Virus record (IMG/VR): IMGVR_UViG_3300030110_003801
Location: 64,734-128,733 of that record
Source of the DNA: a virus
Strand: one strand, 5' to 3'
Length of the DNA stretch: 64,000 nt
Of the stretch, positions 35,851-47,024 are shown one piece after another (the stretch's first letter is position 1; every line of letters starts with the position of its first letter). The position numbers and the translations under genes were made by a program. The notes below the pieces were generated by a model. That model ran no database searches, was not told the origin of the DNA, and saw nothing but the letters and a program-made list of their open reading frames with translations.

Positions 35851-38800
35851 TTATCTTTCAATAGGAGCAGTGTATTCTTCAACAGTTCCATTCATTATAT
35901 GATATATAGTCTTGTTTCTAAATCTTAATTTTTTAAAATTCTGAAATAATTCTTGTTGACTTACACCTGTATTTAAAGCCGCCCTATACGACCTAGAAAA
36001 TCGTTCATAAGCCTCCTTCAATTTCTTATTAACTTGCTCCTCACTACCTTCTCCGTCTTCCCGTCCAAGAGAATAAGCCATGTCAATATCTGCTTTAAAG
36101 TCTCTAGCCCTAAAGTACACAGACGTTTTTGGTTTTACAGTATATGCTCTAAAACCAAATAAACTCCCGTTAACATCTGCAACGCTAGGTCCTCTTTTGT
36201 AATCACTATCCTCATCATCAGCAAAAGCTTTTTCCATGTCTTGCGCCCACTTAACATATCCGTTTCTGTATATTAAGTTGTACCCAAACACACCTAAGTC
36301 CGTCATTTTACCTAAAGGAGTATCAGCCTCATTATAAATTCTTCTATCCTTTGTTCCGGGCTTAACGTTATACGCAAAACCATAAGCAAGTTGACCTGCA
36401 AAAGAGTTGCTTATGAAAGGTTCTGCAAAAGTACTAGCCCCTTCTTTAAACCCGTCATTGAAAATAGCTTTAACTATCTCTTTTCCAAAACCAAATGAGT
36501 CATATCGAGACAAGTCAAGATACCTCATATCTCCATCTTCTCCATCTTCAGGCGCTCCAAGAAATACCCAATTAGTATGTCTTGACCAATCAGCAGCAAG
36601 TTCTCTGTAGTCATCCTCTTCCTCTTCATCAATGTTCAACAAAGCTGCACTTGCGCTTGTAGCCGAAAGAAAGGCTGCATTAGCAATTAAATACCCCGAC
36701 ATTCTTCTAATCCCTATTTTTTTAATACCGGGATTAGGACTTGCCATTTCAGCAATAGCCTGAATAGGTATATTAATCATACAACGTATAGACTCAGCAG
36801 GGAAAGCAACAAAAGTACCAAATAAAGGAACTCTTCTTAAAGCCTGAACTATACCCGGTAACTTACTGTAAGTAGGCACAACGTTAGTAGATATCTTAGA
36901 GGCAGTGTCTACTATTGTGTTATAGTTGTCTGTCTTAATAAACTCGTCCCATGCTTTTGCGTGGTCTCCATTGTTATCTTTTACTAATTTTTGAAATAAT
37001 GGGTCTGCTCTCGTGTATGAGTTTATTTCGGAAACAGCCATCATAAACTTAGGTAAATCATCACCCATAGCATAAATCCATTGATGAGCTTTTTTAAATC
37101 CTTGAATACCTCCACCTATAATCTGTGTGGTTTTTGATGCGGCTCCAAACTTATCTATAAGCTTAGAAGTGATAGACTCAGGATTACCCGAAACCACCAT
37201 AGCTTTAAACGCAGCCTGAAGCTCTTTTAATTGAACAGATTGGTCAATAACACCATTTTCTATAAGTTTTTTATAAAGCCAAGCTGTGTGATTTGTTTCA
37301 GGGCTAACTCCTGCGTTGGCAAAAGAACCTCCTTTGGTTGCTATTTTCACAAAATCCATCATGCTGTAAGAGGCGGCACCACCACCACGACCCTTAGAAA
37401 AAACATTAAAAATATTTCCATTGTATACAGATACTAAAGACGCAGAGGCTAGGTTAGCAACAATAGAACCCGGAGAAAAAACTGTTTTTGAAAGTTTAGC
37501 TGCGGCATTTAACCTAGTTAGTAGTCTTAAAATATTGTGGCTAGTATTACCGTTACTTGCCGCTTCAAGCCTATGAAACTCACTTAAAACTGATGCCATT
37601 TCAGGAGTAGTGTAAAGCTTATATTTATTAGGTCCTTCTCTAAGACCTGTTGCTTCATTAATGTTTTGCCCTTTACCTAAAGGATTATTTGTATAATTTG
37701 AAGAAGAAGGAACTTCAACCGTTAACCTTCCTTTTTTTCTTGTGCTAAAAACTCCTGCTTTTATACCCGCATCCCTAACTGCCTCTAACATCTTATGATT
37801 TTCAATCATTTCTGTTAATTTAGTAGTTGTGTTTATAAAGTTAAAAGAAGGGTTTTTGATTTCTCCTAACAAAGCTTTTATTTCAGGAGCTATCTCAAAA
37901 TCAGATTTTTTTAAGTTGTCGTACTCTTTTTGAAGCTCTGCTGCTTTAGCCGAATCCCCTTTTAATTTAGCTTTATCTATAGCGTCTTTTAATTCTTTTT
38001 GTTTTTTCTTAAACTTTTTTGTTTTTAAAGGAGCTTTGAATACGCTAGTGTCTATACCGCCAAAAGTTTTATTCGTAACAATAACACCCGACCTTTTAGG
38101 ATTCATTATTAATTTATCTATAACTCCTCTTGCGTCTTCATTACTTATACCTTGAGCCATAACGTAAGAAACAGCAGCGTCGTAAACTTTTTTATCTACA
38201 GTGTTAACCCAATCTTTGTTCATGTGAACAGAGTATCTAGTGTTTAGATACACTCCTAGGTTTTCTTGAATAACACCTTTCATTGACTCGGTAACAGCTC
38301 CTGAGTCTATTAACTCCTTAGACAAGCTGTCTATCGTTTGTCTCATTTCTCCAACAACGTCAAAAAGCTCGCTACTAGGCATATCCTTTAACACCTTTAA
38401 GGCATCAGTATCACCCCTTAAAGCGTTATTAACAACTTCTAAGTCTGAATTAGAAGGTACTCTTCCATACGTTTTTCTAAGTATCTTTTCAAAGTTTTTT
38501 TGAATCCCCGATATTTGATTCATTCTATTTTTTATGGTGTTCATTCGTTTTTCACCAAGTTCATGCACAAAGTCAGGAGCAAGCTTCTTATTAGTTAGAA
38601 GGTTTCTAAATTGGTCAGCCCACCATCTTTTTGATGTAACTCTATCTATAACACCTTCAATACCTGTAGACTGAATCCTGTTATATCCAACATTCTGCTC
38701 AAGAGCGTCAGCAAGGAATTGAACTCCATCAGCAGTACTTACAACAGGTATTCCTGACTTTTTAGCGTCAGCCGCAGCGGTAGGAGATGACGAGTGTGTA

Positions 38801-41800
38801 GGAGGAGGATTAAGACCGTTTATAACGTTGTTTGTTATTCGGATATTGTTAGCGGCAGAAAATGCTTTTTGAAGTTTTTCTGCAACATCATTATCTGAAA
38901 TTGTTTCATTTACAGCTTCAGAAAAAGCTTCTTGAGAAACCTCAACAGAAGCCGCAGTAGCAGCTACTCTCTCTAAAGCAAAAACAGCAGCGCTTTCTTT
39001 CATTTGCTCGTCAGCCTGACTTTGCACGTCTGATTCAGACACGTTAACTAAAACATCACCAACCTGACCAATAACCTCTTTATCTTGAAGAGATTCTCTA
39101 GCCATATTTACAGCATACTCGGGCGTAAAATTACCGTCATTAACTGTTTGAGCTAACTCTGCATCTGCTTCAGGAATTCCTTCAAATGAATAAACCCCGT
39201 CTTTTTTATATTTAAAATAGCTTTCGTTTCCTTTAGTTATTTTTGGAGCAACATTACTTATACCTCTAATTATACCCTCTTTTTCAACTTCAGAAAAAAC
39301 GTTTAAGCCTTTTTCATCGTTAAACACAAGGTTAAAAACATTTTCTCTTAAGGACTTTGAGTTGCCTATTTCCGAATCTGAAGCATACCTTAAATTGTTT
39401 TCTTTTATAGCGTTAGCAATATCAATAACATCTTGAGCAACTTTCTTTTCTTCTGCTGTGTATTTTCTTGTGAGACCGCCTTTTTTATCATTTAAGATGT
39501 CTCTTGCTTGTTTTATAGTTTTGTTTGCCTCTGACTTTACCCTTTTTTTATCCTTTAATGCAGTTACAGTGTTTCCAAGCAAAGACATAATCTTTGAAGC
39601 TTGTTCGGCTGAGTAACCTTTTTGTAAAATATCATTAAACAAACTTTCTCCGTCTTCATCAAGAACGTTTTTCAAGTCTATTTCCCCATCAGAAGTTGAT
39701 TTTGTGTACTCAACATATTTATTACCCGACTCATTAGCTATCTCCTCTACCTGCTCATCTGATAATTGGTCATAAACACTTCTAATATCTTGTATTTTTT
39801 TAGAGTCATTATCATATCTAGCTTGATGTATTTCTTCTACTGAAAAATCTCTTTGACCTGAAGCCTCCGCCTCTGAATCCGCTAATGCGGAACTCATAGC
39901 TTCAGACATATTAGTGTTATAATCCGCAACAAATTGATTTAAAATAGACTTTTGAGCCGAACTAAGCTCTCTTCTAAGTTTAGCAACCTTTTTGGAATAA
40001 GCATCACCAACGTTTGTATCAGCAACACCAAAACTAGCTCCTAAAATAAATGATGAAACAGTAAGTTTTAACGCTTCGTCAGCATCTCCATAAGTAGCTT
40101 TAAATTGTTCCCAAAAAGGCTCGTTGTTGTTTTGCCACATTTGAGCTATTTGTTGAAAATTCTCTTCCCCTACTTCACCAATACCTTTACCACCCATTCT
40201 ACGAAGGGTTGCTCCGTGTTTAGATATAAGCTTAAATACATCATCAGCTTTGTCCCCAAAAAGGTTTTTAATTACGCCACCAACAGACTCCATTTTTGGC
40301 AACATTTTACTAAGTAGTTTTTCACCAAAATAACCAAACAGACCTGTACCAAAGTTTAACTCATCCATATCTTTAGGGAATATGGTTCCGGCTACTTGAT
40401 AAGTAAGACCTGTTTCAATCATTCCCGCCCCTATGGTAGAAGTACCTGCTCTAGTAAGAATTCTTTTAAAGAAATTTTGTTTAGAAAGTTTTTCTGCAAA
40501 AGCAGGAGACTTCATAAGCCTCTTCATCGCTTTCCTTTTTGTGTTAGAAATCCTTACTAACCGATTACCCCACGAAGTACCTTTAAGAATGGCTTTAGAA
40601 CCTTTACCCCCGGCTATTATGTCAACCATTATACCCAAGCTGTTACCCACAGCGTCTTGCCAAAATTCTGCATCATCTAATCCTGCCGATTTAAACTCTT
40701 GTTTTTCAAAGTCATAAACCTTGCTCATCTGTTCTTGAACACCTTCAGGCATTACATTAATGTCAGAAACATCAGCTTCCCTCGCAAGACTCATAACTTC
40801 TCTAGCGTCTTGAAAATCAGTGCCTAAACCAAGAGAAATTGCAGGCTGTACAGCTCTTGCGACAGTGGTAGCTACATTTGTTACAGCACGAGAAGGTCTT
40901 TCTAAATTGCTTTGAGGGATTACATCTAAAGAGTTAAAGTTTAAAAGAGCTAAGTCAGAGTAGTCCCTTAAAACCCTACCAATATCTCTCATTATTTGGT
41001 CTTCTTCTTCACCGGGGAAAAACGCCTCGCTAAAGGTGTCAAAAAACATAGCGCCTCCTTTAAACAAATCAAAACCTTCAGGGTCTCCTTCCCCTTCCTC
41101 CAAGTAAGGATACCTTCTGTCCATCCAATCTTTAAATTGAGCGTACTTGACATGCCACAAGTAGTTGAATCTTTCTGCGTTATTTAAACCTTCAGGAAAA
41201 TCTCTGTCTTCAAAATAAGTTAATTCGTTAAGTTTTTGAGTAGCCTCTTCTCTTCTTATTTCGTCAGGCTTTGCAAAAACAGTCTCTTCCTTTGTGCTTT
41301 TTATATAAGCCTTGTTTAAATAATTGTAGGCATCTAATTTTTTTGTGTCAGGTTTACGTGAATCGCCTTCCGTTGTAGAGCCTTGACCCATTTGGGAATA
41401 AATATCCTCTGTATACTTAGTAGATTCTGTTAAAAGCTCATAAACCTCTTTTATGTCTTTATTTCTCTCTGTTTCTAAATTTTCTGTGTAGTCGGTTAGG
41501 TCAATTCTTCCTTCTTTATCTATTAAACCTTTTTTCTTTAACCGGTCTATTAATGGATAAAAATACGCATCTCCTTCTCCTAAATTGTGAGATGCGGATA
41601 TAATATCGCTTGTAGTCGTGCTTAATTCCTGAAGAGATAATTTTTCTCTTTCATAAGAACTCATATCCTCCCTACTAAACGAAACATCACCTTCTTCCGC
41701 TATAGCGTTAATAATCTCAATAGGAACATCTTCTCCATCAACCAACTTTACGGCTTTAGCCAACACAGCAGACTCTACACGCCCCTCGTCTAAAGCTTTT

Positions 41801-43032
41801 TTAAACAAAGGAAGAGTACCTCCAATTTCTTTATACCTTTCAAATCTTAAGTCTGTTATTTTCTTTTCGTTTTCAGCAAGCTCTCTTTTATACACAGAAA
41901 CTTGTCTTTCGTATTCTGCATCTAAATACTTTGTGTCTTCTGAGCTTTCATCATCCGGGTTAACATCACCTTTTGTTGTTTCTAGTAAATAACCACCCTT
42001 CCTTTTTTGATAAGCGTCTTCATATATTTGAATGTCTTCTTTTATCCTTCTGTTTTCGGACATAAGACGAGATTCTAGCAACCTACTAGGGTCATCTTTG
42101 TAATAGGTTTCAGAAAATGCAGCGTTTTGGTCATTAAGAAACGATTTGGTTCCATTCAAATAGTTACTTTTGTCGGTAATATATCCACGCTCTTTCGCTT
42201 TTTTAATAATGCCTCCTGACCAATAATTAAAAGATTTTACGGCTAATGAAGGGTCTGTAACAAAATCAGACTTTAACTTTTCTTGAAAATACCTTTCAGC
42301 CCTATTCTTTCCCGAGTAAAGCTTATCTATTTCTTTTAGTTTTTCAACTGACTCAAAATTGTTTGCTTTTGCAACCTTTTCAAGCTCTTCTTGAGACATT
42401 CCGTCTAGGTTGAAAAAACTTTTTTCTCCCTCAGCCAAAAGCTCTTGATATCTAGCATCTGTTGATTTTAAAAGCTCCTCATGGGTCTTCATGTTCTCAT
42501 ATACAGAGTCTTCAAAAAGTTCATCATCGTCTTTAAGAATCCTATGACCCGACTCGTCAAAAGAGCTATCATTTTCTAAGTAATCATCATCAGGCATCGG
42601 GTTTAAAACACTCTCAAAATCAGAATATGTTCCTAAATCAAAGTTATCTTTTAACGCATTATAAAGGTTAAGCCTTTCTTTTTTACCTCGTAAAGCGTCT
42701 AAATACGAATCATAGTCGCCTAAATCATATTTACCTTTTGCAGCGTCATATAGATTTTTCGCAGCATCCGTATTTAAATCCTCTAAATTAGCCCTCTTGT
42801 TTTCTATACTGTCAATATCAAGACCTTCTTGCTCCTTGAGCTGTTCTTCAGGCTGTTCTTCAGGCTGTTCTTCAGTTTGCTCTTCAGGCTGTTCTTCAGT
42901 TTGCTCTTCAGTTTGCTCTTCAGTCTGTCCTTTTAGTTGCTCAACTAACTCCTCTACTGATATATTGTTTTCTTCTGCATACTTTAAAAGCTCTTCTTGA
43001 GACATTCCGTCTAAAATACCCGTTTGTATCAT
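35851..43032 (-). CDS. Giant virion ejection/cargo protein (large polyvalent-like)
   Basis: 2393 aa, last of the genes after the tail; EEQP/T repeats; C-terminal P.FGTFVAFPAE and YLDLSRY segments. Confidence 0.65.
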   Translation of the reverse strand: MIQTGILDGMSQEELLKYAEENNISVEELVEQLKGQTEEQTEEQTEEQPEEQTEEQPEEQPEEQLKEQEGLDIDSIENKRANLEDLNTDAAKNLYDAAKGKYDLGDYDSYLDALRGKKERLNLYNALKDNFDLGTYSDFESVLNPMPDDDYLENDSSFDESGHRILKDDDELFEDSVYENMKTHEELLKSTDARYQELLAEGEKSFFNLDGMSQEELEKVAKANNFESVEKLKEIDKLYSGKNRAERYFQEKLKSDFVTDPSLAVKSFNYWSGGIIKKAKERGYITDKSNYLNGTKSFLNDQNAAFSETYYKDDPSRLLESRLMSENRRIKEDIQIYEDAYQKRKGGYLLETTKGDVNPDDESSEDTKYLDAEYERQVSVYKRELAENEKKITDLRFERYKEIGGTLPLFKKALDEGRVESAVLAKAVKLVDGEDVPIEIINAIAEEGDVSFSREDMSSYEREKLSLQELSTTTSDIISASHNLGEGDAYFYPLIDRLKKKGLIDKEGRIDLTDYTENLETERNKDIKEVYELLTESTKYTEDIYSQMGQGSTTEGDSRKPDTKKLDAYNYLNKAYIKSTKEETVFAKPDEIRREEATQKLNELTYFEDRDFPEGLNNAERFNYLWHVKYAQFKDWMDRRYPYLEEGEGDPEGFDLFKGGAMFFDTFSEAFFPGEEEDQIMRDIGRVLRDYSDLALLNFNSLDVIPQSNLERPSRAVTNVATTVARAVQPAISLGLGTDFQDAREVMSLAREADVSDINVMPEGVQEQMSKVYDFEKQEFKSAGLDDAEFWQDAVGNSLGIMVDIIAGGKGSKAILKGTSWGNRLVRISNTKRKAMKRLMKSPAFAEKLSKQNFFKRILTRAGTSTIGAGMIETGLTYQVAGTIFPKDMDELNFGTGLFGYFGEKLLSKMLPKMESVGGVIKNLFGDKADDVFKLISKHGATLRRMGGKGIGEVGEENFQQIAQMWQNNNEPFWEQFKATYGDADEALKLTVSSFILGASFGVADTNVGDAYSKKVAKLRRELSSAQKSILNQFVADYNTNMSEAMSSALADSEAEASGQRDFSVEEIHQARYDNDSKKIQDIRSVYDQLSDEQVEEIANESGNKYVEYTKSTSDGEIDLKNVLDEDGESLFNDILQKGYSAEQASKIMSLLGNTVTALKDKKRVKSEANKTIKQARDILNDKKGGLTRKYTAEEKKVAQDVIDIANAIKENNLRYASDSEIGNSKSLRENVFNLVFNDEKGLNVFSEVEKEGIIRGISNVAPKITKGNESYFKYKKDGVYSFEGIPEADAELAQTVNDGNFTPEYAVNMARESLQDKEVIGQVGDVLVNVSESDVQSQADEQMKESAAVFALERVAATAASVEVSQEAFSEAVNETISDNDVAEKLQKAFSAANNIRITNNVINGLNPPPTHSSSPTAAADAKKSGIPVVSTADGVQFLADALEQNVGYNRIQSTGIEGVIDRVTSKRWWADQFRNLLTNKKLAPDFVHELGEKRMNTIKNRMNQISGIQKNFEKILRKTYGRVPSNSDLEVVNNALRGDTDALKVLKDMPSSELFDVVGEMRQTIDSLSKELIDSGAVTESMKGVIQENLGVYLNTRYSVHMNKDWVNTVDKKVYDAAVSYVMAQGISNEDARGVIDKLIMNPKRSGVIVTNKTFGGIDTSVFKAPLKTKKFKKKQKELKDAIDKAKLKGDSAKAAELQKEYDNLKKSDFEIAPEIKALLGEIKNPSFNFINTTTKLTEMIENHKMLEAVRDAGIKAGVFSTRKKGRLTVEVPSSSNYTNNPLGKGQNINEATGLREGPNKYKLYTTPEMASVLSEFHRLEAASNGNTSHNILRLLTRLNAAAKLSKTVFSPGSIVANLASASLVSVYNGNIFNVFSKGRGGGAASYSMMDFVKIATKGGSFANAGVSPETNHTAWLYKKLIENGVIDQSVQLKELQAAFKAMVVSGNPESITSKLIDKFGAASKTTQIIGGGIQGFKKAHQWIYAMGDDLPKFMMAVSEINSYTRADPLFQKLVKDNNGDHAKAWDEFIKTDNYNTIVDTASKISTNVVPTYSKLPGIVQALRRVPLFGTFVAFPAESIRCMINIPIQAIAEMASPNPGIKKIGIRRMSGYLIANAAFLSATSASAALLNIDEEEEDDYRELAADWSRHTNWVFLGAPEDGEDGDMRYLDLSRYDSFGFGKEIVKAIFNDGFKEGASTFAEPFISNSFAGQLAYGFAYNVKPGTKDRRIYNEADTPLGKMTDLGVFGYNLIYRNGYVKWAQDMEKAFADDEDSDYKRGPSVADVNGSLFGFRAYTVKPKTSVYFRARDFKADIDMAYSLGREDGEGSEEQVNKKLKEAYERFSRSYRAALNTGVSQQELFQNFKKLRFRNKTIYHIMNGTVEEYTAPIER

Positions 43033-43045
43033 TTTTTACTGTTGC

Positions 43046-45241
43046 TTATTTTTGTTTTTTTTGTTTACCAAATCCTTCAACCGCTGTACCATCTCCTGCT
43101 TCATCTTCTGCTTCATCTCCTGTACCACTGCCTCCCCCGGCAACTGTTTGCGAAGTTTTAAACTCTCTCAATAATTGATTGATGTTTTTATAAGGTAAAT
43201 TAGATTTTTTATATTTTTCGTTTATCGTATTAACTTTTCGAGCAGATTCTACAACATTTTTAGTGTTTTCCAAAATCTTTGCTGATTGCAAAAATGCTAC
43301 AACTTCGACATCGCTAATTGCTATTGTATTGTTACCGCTAAAAATTTCTCTCCACTTTCTGTCACCACCAACAAGTTTAGAAAGTTTATCTCTTGTTATT
43401 GCATTGTCGTCATCTACATCTTTCAAAACTTCTCCTTCAGGACTGTACACTAAATCCCAATTTTCATCGTTACCGTCACTCTCTGACTTAAATAGATATA
43501 TTGAACCTAAAGCTCTTAAATCGGCATTGTCACTATTACTTAAATCAAAAAACATGTGCTGCCTACCATCTTCAATATCTTCTTGCTCATAATTATCATA
43601 AAAGAAATCTGTGTATTGGTCCCAATCTTGAGGATTTTGTAGTTTATCCTGTAGGTTCTCGTACATTTGACTATAATTACCATTAGCAGCCATTAAAAAT
43701 GCGTTGTATTCTTTGTTAAGCTTCTTATACTGACCTCCTAGTATCTTATCAGGGTTATAATCACCTGTGGTTGTGAGCCACCCGCCCTTAAGACCTAAAT
43801 CAATAATAGCATCTCCATCAACAAGCTTTCCGTTATATTCTGTTAATACATTTAAGAATGACTTCATTCCTCCAATGACATCAGAACCGCTAGCAGTTAC
43901 CTCTGTCATCTTGCTCATATCCATTCCTTCACCCGTAATTTCACCTGAGCTTGATTGAGTTGTCCAATGAACCTTTATCACAGGAGTTTTGTCTCCAAAT
44001 TTCTTTGTGAATGCTGCTTTTTTAAGTTTCAACTCTGCAAGTCTTGCCTCTTCCTTTGAGGTATCGCCTTCATTTCCATCGATTTTAGCATTAAGTTCTG
44101 TGATATTTTCTTCAAGCGTAGAATAGTTGACCCATTCTTGAGGAGAAAGACCTTCAAACCCTAACATTTCAAGCTTATCTATAGTTTTATTTTTTCCGTA
44201 CTTCAAGCCTTGGAAATTTCTATTATAAAGCTTACCGTCTACAGGGTCAAGCTCATAAGAAGCTTTATTAGCAAAAGCATTAGCTGTCATAACAACAATG
44301 TCAGCGGCTTGTCGCATTTTCTTGAAATTCTTGTAGTAATCTTTAGACCATTTATCTTTGTCTAAATCAAGTTTTTTCTTGTCTAATTCAAGTCTTTTCT
44401 GAACATTTCCGTTGTACAAAGGACGTTTTAGAGACTCTAAATGTTCTGCATACTTTAAGGCTACGTCTGTGTTATTGTTCTCAGAGTTCCATTTAATAAT
44501 TTCCTCTAAGTTAGCTCTCATTTGGTCATAACGCTCTTTAGTAGCTTTATATGCGCTATAATCCGTATACCCGTCTGTCTTAACAGAACTATTAAACTTC
44601 TCAATAGATTTAACTTCGTCAGGAACAAGGTCTTGAAACTGAAGAGGTTCTTTTTTAGGTAGTAAAGGTCTATAACCTTTTTCGGCTCCCATTTTTCTTG
44701 CTTCATAACCCTGCTTTAGATTGTCTGCCAAATACATAGTCTCTGTGTAGAGCTTGTTGTAGTAGTTTGATAAATTCCTTTGGTCTTCACTATCAGGGTC
44801 AGGGCTTTTTATGTTTATTCCGTTGGAGGCGGCAAATGAAGCTATATCGTTAAGCTTTTTAACGCTATCGTAATAAACATCCGTGTATCCCTCAACATCC
44901 TCTAAATTCTCTTCAGGCGCTACAATTTCAGGTTCTATAGGTCCTGTAGGAGCGTCCATATCTGAAGCTCCTCCAACAGGGCTAAAAGCCGGAGCTGCAT
45001 CAGGAGACATATAGTTTACTCCTTGCAAATAAGCGGCTCCTCCTGCCTCTGTTCCGATGTCCGGACTCATGCCTTCTGCATACGTCGCTAAAATATCGTC
45101 TTCATTAGGCTGAATAACCCTACCATCTGAATAATCTTGTGCAAATTGACGTTTTTTTTGCTCTAATTCTGCGGCTCTTGTTTGTGCATTCAAAAGCTCT
45201 ATAGCCATCCTTCTTTGAGTCTGCTCTTCTCTTGTTGCCAT
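43046..45241 (-). CDS. Putative ejection/cargo protein
   Basis: 731 aa, coiled-coil rich; positional call. Confidence 0.55.
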   Translation of the reverse strand: MATREEQTQRRMAIELLNAQTRAAELEQKKRQFAQDYSDGRVIQPNEDDILATYAEGMSPDIGTEAGGAAYLQGVNYMSPDAAPAFSPVGGASDMDAPTGPIEPEIVAPEENLEDVEGYTDVYYDSVKKLNDIASFAASNGINIKSPDPDSEDQRNLSNYYNKLYTETMYLADNLKQGYEARKMGAEKGYRPLLPKKEPLQFQDLVPDEVKSIEKFNSSVKTDGYTDYSAYKATKERYDQMRANLEEIIKWNSENNNTDVALKYAEHLESLKRPLYNGNVQKRLELDKKKLDLDKDKWSKDYYKNFKKMRQAADIVVMTANAFANKASYELDPVDGKLYNRNFQGLKYGKNKTIDKLEMLGFEGLSPQEWVNYSTLEENITELNAKIDGNEGDTSKEEARLAELKLKKAAFTKKFGDKTPVIKVHWTTQSSSGEITGEGMDMSKMTEVTASGSDVIGGMKSFLNVLTEYNGKLVDGDAIIDLGLKGGWLTTTGDYNPDKILGGQYKKLNKEYNAFLMAANGNYSQMYENLQDKLQNPQDWDQYTDFFYDNYEQEDIEDGRQHMFFDLSNSDNADLRALGSIYLFKSESDGNDENWDLVYSPEGEVLKDVDDDNAITRDKLSKLVGGDRKWREIFSGNNTIAISDVEVVAFLQSAKILENTKNVVESARKVNTINEKYKKSNLPYKNINQLLREFKTSQTVAGGGSGTGDEAEDEAGDGTAVEGFGKQKKQK

Positions 45242-45256
45242 AGTTTATTTTATTTT

Positions 45257-46348
45257 TTAGTACCTACCGTGCTTGAATTTGTCGTTAGTCCCATCAATAT
45301 CGTTCATGTCAAGTCCATAGTAAGGCGGATAACTGTTAGCTTTTTCTTGCTCTCTTTTTTCTTCTTGAGACATAACAGGTTGAGACATGTATGGACTTAA
45401 TGGGTTTAAGCTTCTGAACAGCCTTCTTCTTGCGTCTTGCCTTCTAGCTTGTTCATCAAGAAAAGTAGACCTCCTATCTAGCTTCATTTTTTCTTTTGCT
45501 TTTGACCTTTCCAATTTTAAATCCTCTTGAGCTTTATCATAAGCCTCTCTTTCTTTAGTTCCCTTTATTGGAATTTGACCTCTTTGTTCTTTCCTTCTGT
45601 AAAGATTTTGAACAATATTGGCTGCTTGAGTTGGTACTTGAGAAAGAATTTTATCTCTATTTATTCGACCTGTTTGCTCGGCAGCTTTTAAATCTACCAA
45701 TTTAGCGTCGTACCTTCTTAAATTGTTAAGGTGATTCTTAAATTTTATATTTCTTAAATCTGAATCTTCACTTACCCCTTGACCAACTAAAGCTGAGTGC
45801 AAAGCTACTTTTTCATTTTTTTCTTTTTCGTTTGCTATAGCTGTTTGTAAATTTGAACCAAGAATATCTCTATACGCTTGAGTTTGCATACCCGCAGTAA
45901 CACCTGTTTGACCACCACCCATAGTTTGAGCAGCTTTTATAGCATTGGCGTACGCAGTTAAATCTAAAGCGCCTTTCGCTCCTAGTGATTGCGCTCCAAA
46001 ACCGTACTGAGATTCAGCGCCTGTTTTTTGAAGAGCCTCTTGTAGTTGAGCGTTTTTTGTTAAACCACCTAGTTTAGGCTTGTTTTTCTTAAGCTCTTCC
46101 GCTTCTTTTTTCGCTTTCTTAATTTGCTTTCTAGCTTCAAGAAACCTAGCAATACTAACACCTGTATTGGCTAGCATAGAAACATCTGCAACTTTATTTG
46201 CTACATCGTTTTTTAAATCTTGTTCTGCTTTAGAGCCTTTTTCATAATCGTCAGAATCTTGCTTGTTTTTTGCAGCGATTCCTTCCATAGCTTTTTTTAT
46301 CTCGTCTGCATCAAACATTGATAAGAGCGCTTCTAAATCTAGTGCCAT
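45257..46348 (-). CDS. Putative ejection protein
   Basis: 363 aa, A/Q/K-rich helical; positional call. Confidence 0.55.
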   Translation of the reverse strand: MALDLEALLSMFDADEIKKAMEGIAAKNKQDSDDYEKGSKAEQDLKNDVANKVADVSMLANTGVSIARFLEARKQIKKAKKEAEELKKNKPKLGGLTKNAQLQEALQKTGAESQYGFGAQSLGAKGALDLTAYANAIKAAQTMGGGQTGVTAGMQTQAYRDILGSNLQTAIANEKEKNEKVALHSALVGQGVSEDSDLRNIKFKNHLNNLRRYDAKLVDLKAAEQTGRINRDKILSQVPTQAANIVQNLYRRKEQRGQIPIKGTKEREAYDKAQEDLKLERSKAKEKMKLDRRSTFLDEQARRQDARRRLFRSLNPLSPYMSQPVMSQEEKREQEKANSYPPYYGLDMNDIDGTNDKFKHGRY

Positions 46349-46382
46349 AGTTAGTTAACTTTAATTAAAAATAAATAATATT

Positions 46383-47018
46383 TTATACATATCCGTAAAT
46401 ACTTGCGTTGTAATAAGGAACAACATTTTGACCTCTTTTAGCATAAGATTGAGCCTGCGCTCTTGACCTTGTTTGGGTTCCTAGTTTGTCGTAATATCGT
46501 TGGTTAGCTAGCTTGTAGTCTTTATATCTTTGGTCTTGTCTAGCTTTAAATTGCCATTTTTTTTCGCTTGCGTCGTGTCCAACCACACCCGAAACTACAC
46601 CTGCACCGATAAGACCAAGACCACCTCCGACAAGACCACCAATTCCGGGAGCTATTTTATTCCCTAGGTTGTAACCCGCCATCGCTGCTCCGGGGGCGTT
46701 TTTCATAAAAGACCTAACCCCTGCTCCCGACTCAAGCTCATCAGGAAGTTCAATTTTATCGTAAGCTCCCGGTTTTTCGTAATTGTTGTAATACTCATCA
46801 GGAAGAAGCTCGTCTACATCCATATTTTTCACAGTGTTATAATCTTCAGCCATACCCATAATCGGCTGAGCCATACCTAAGCCGGCTCCTGCGTAACCCG
46901 CTATATTTCCTGATATTTTCTTCCAATCTCTCTTTTTCTCTTTCTTTTCCTCTTCCTCACCTTTATTTAGTATTGATTCTTGACCACCTTTGTATGAACC
47001 TTCTGTTTTGTCAGACAT
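46383..47018 (-). CDS. Putative ejection/pilot protein with a glycine zipper
   Basis: PGIGGLVGGGLGLIGAGVVSG. Confidence 0.6.
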   Translation of the reverse strand: MSDKTEGSYKGGQESILNKGEEEEKKEKKRDWKKISGNIAGYAGAGLGMAQPIMGMAEDYNTVKNMDVDELLPDEYYNNYEKPGAYDKIELPDELESGAGVRSFMKNAPGAAMAGYNLGNKIAPGIGGLVGGGLGLIGAGVVSGVVGHDASEKKWQFKARQDQRYKDYKLANQRYYDKLGTQTRSRAQAQSYAKRGQNVVPYYNASIYGYV

Positions 47019-47024
47019 AATATT

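Noticed and set aside
42841-42925. 12-nt tandem repeat as a regulatory element
   Set aside because: In-frame coding repeat (EEQP/EEQT linker) of the giant protein
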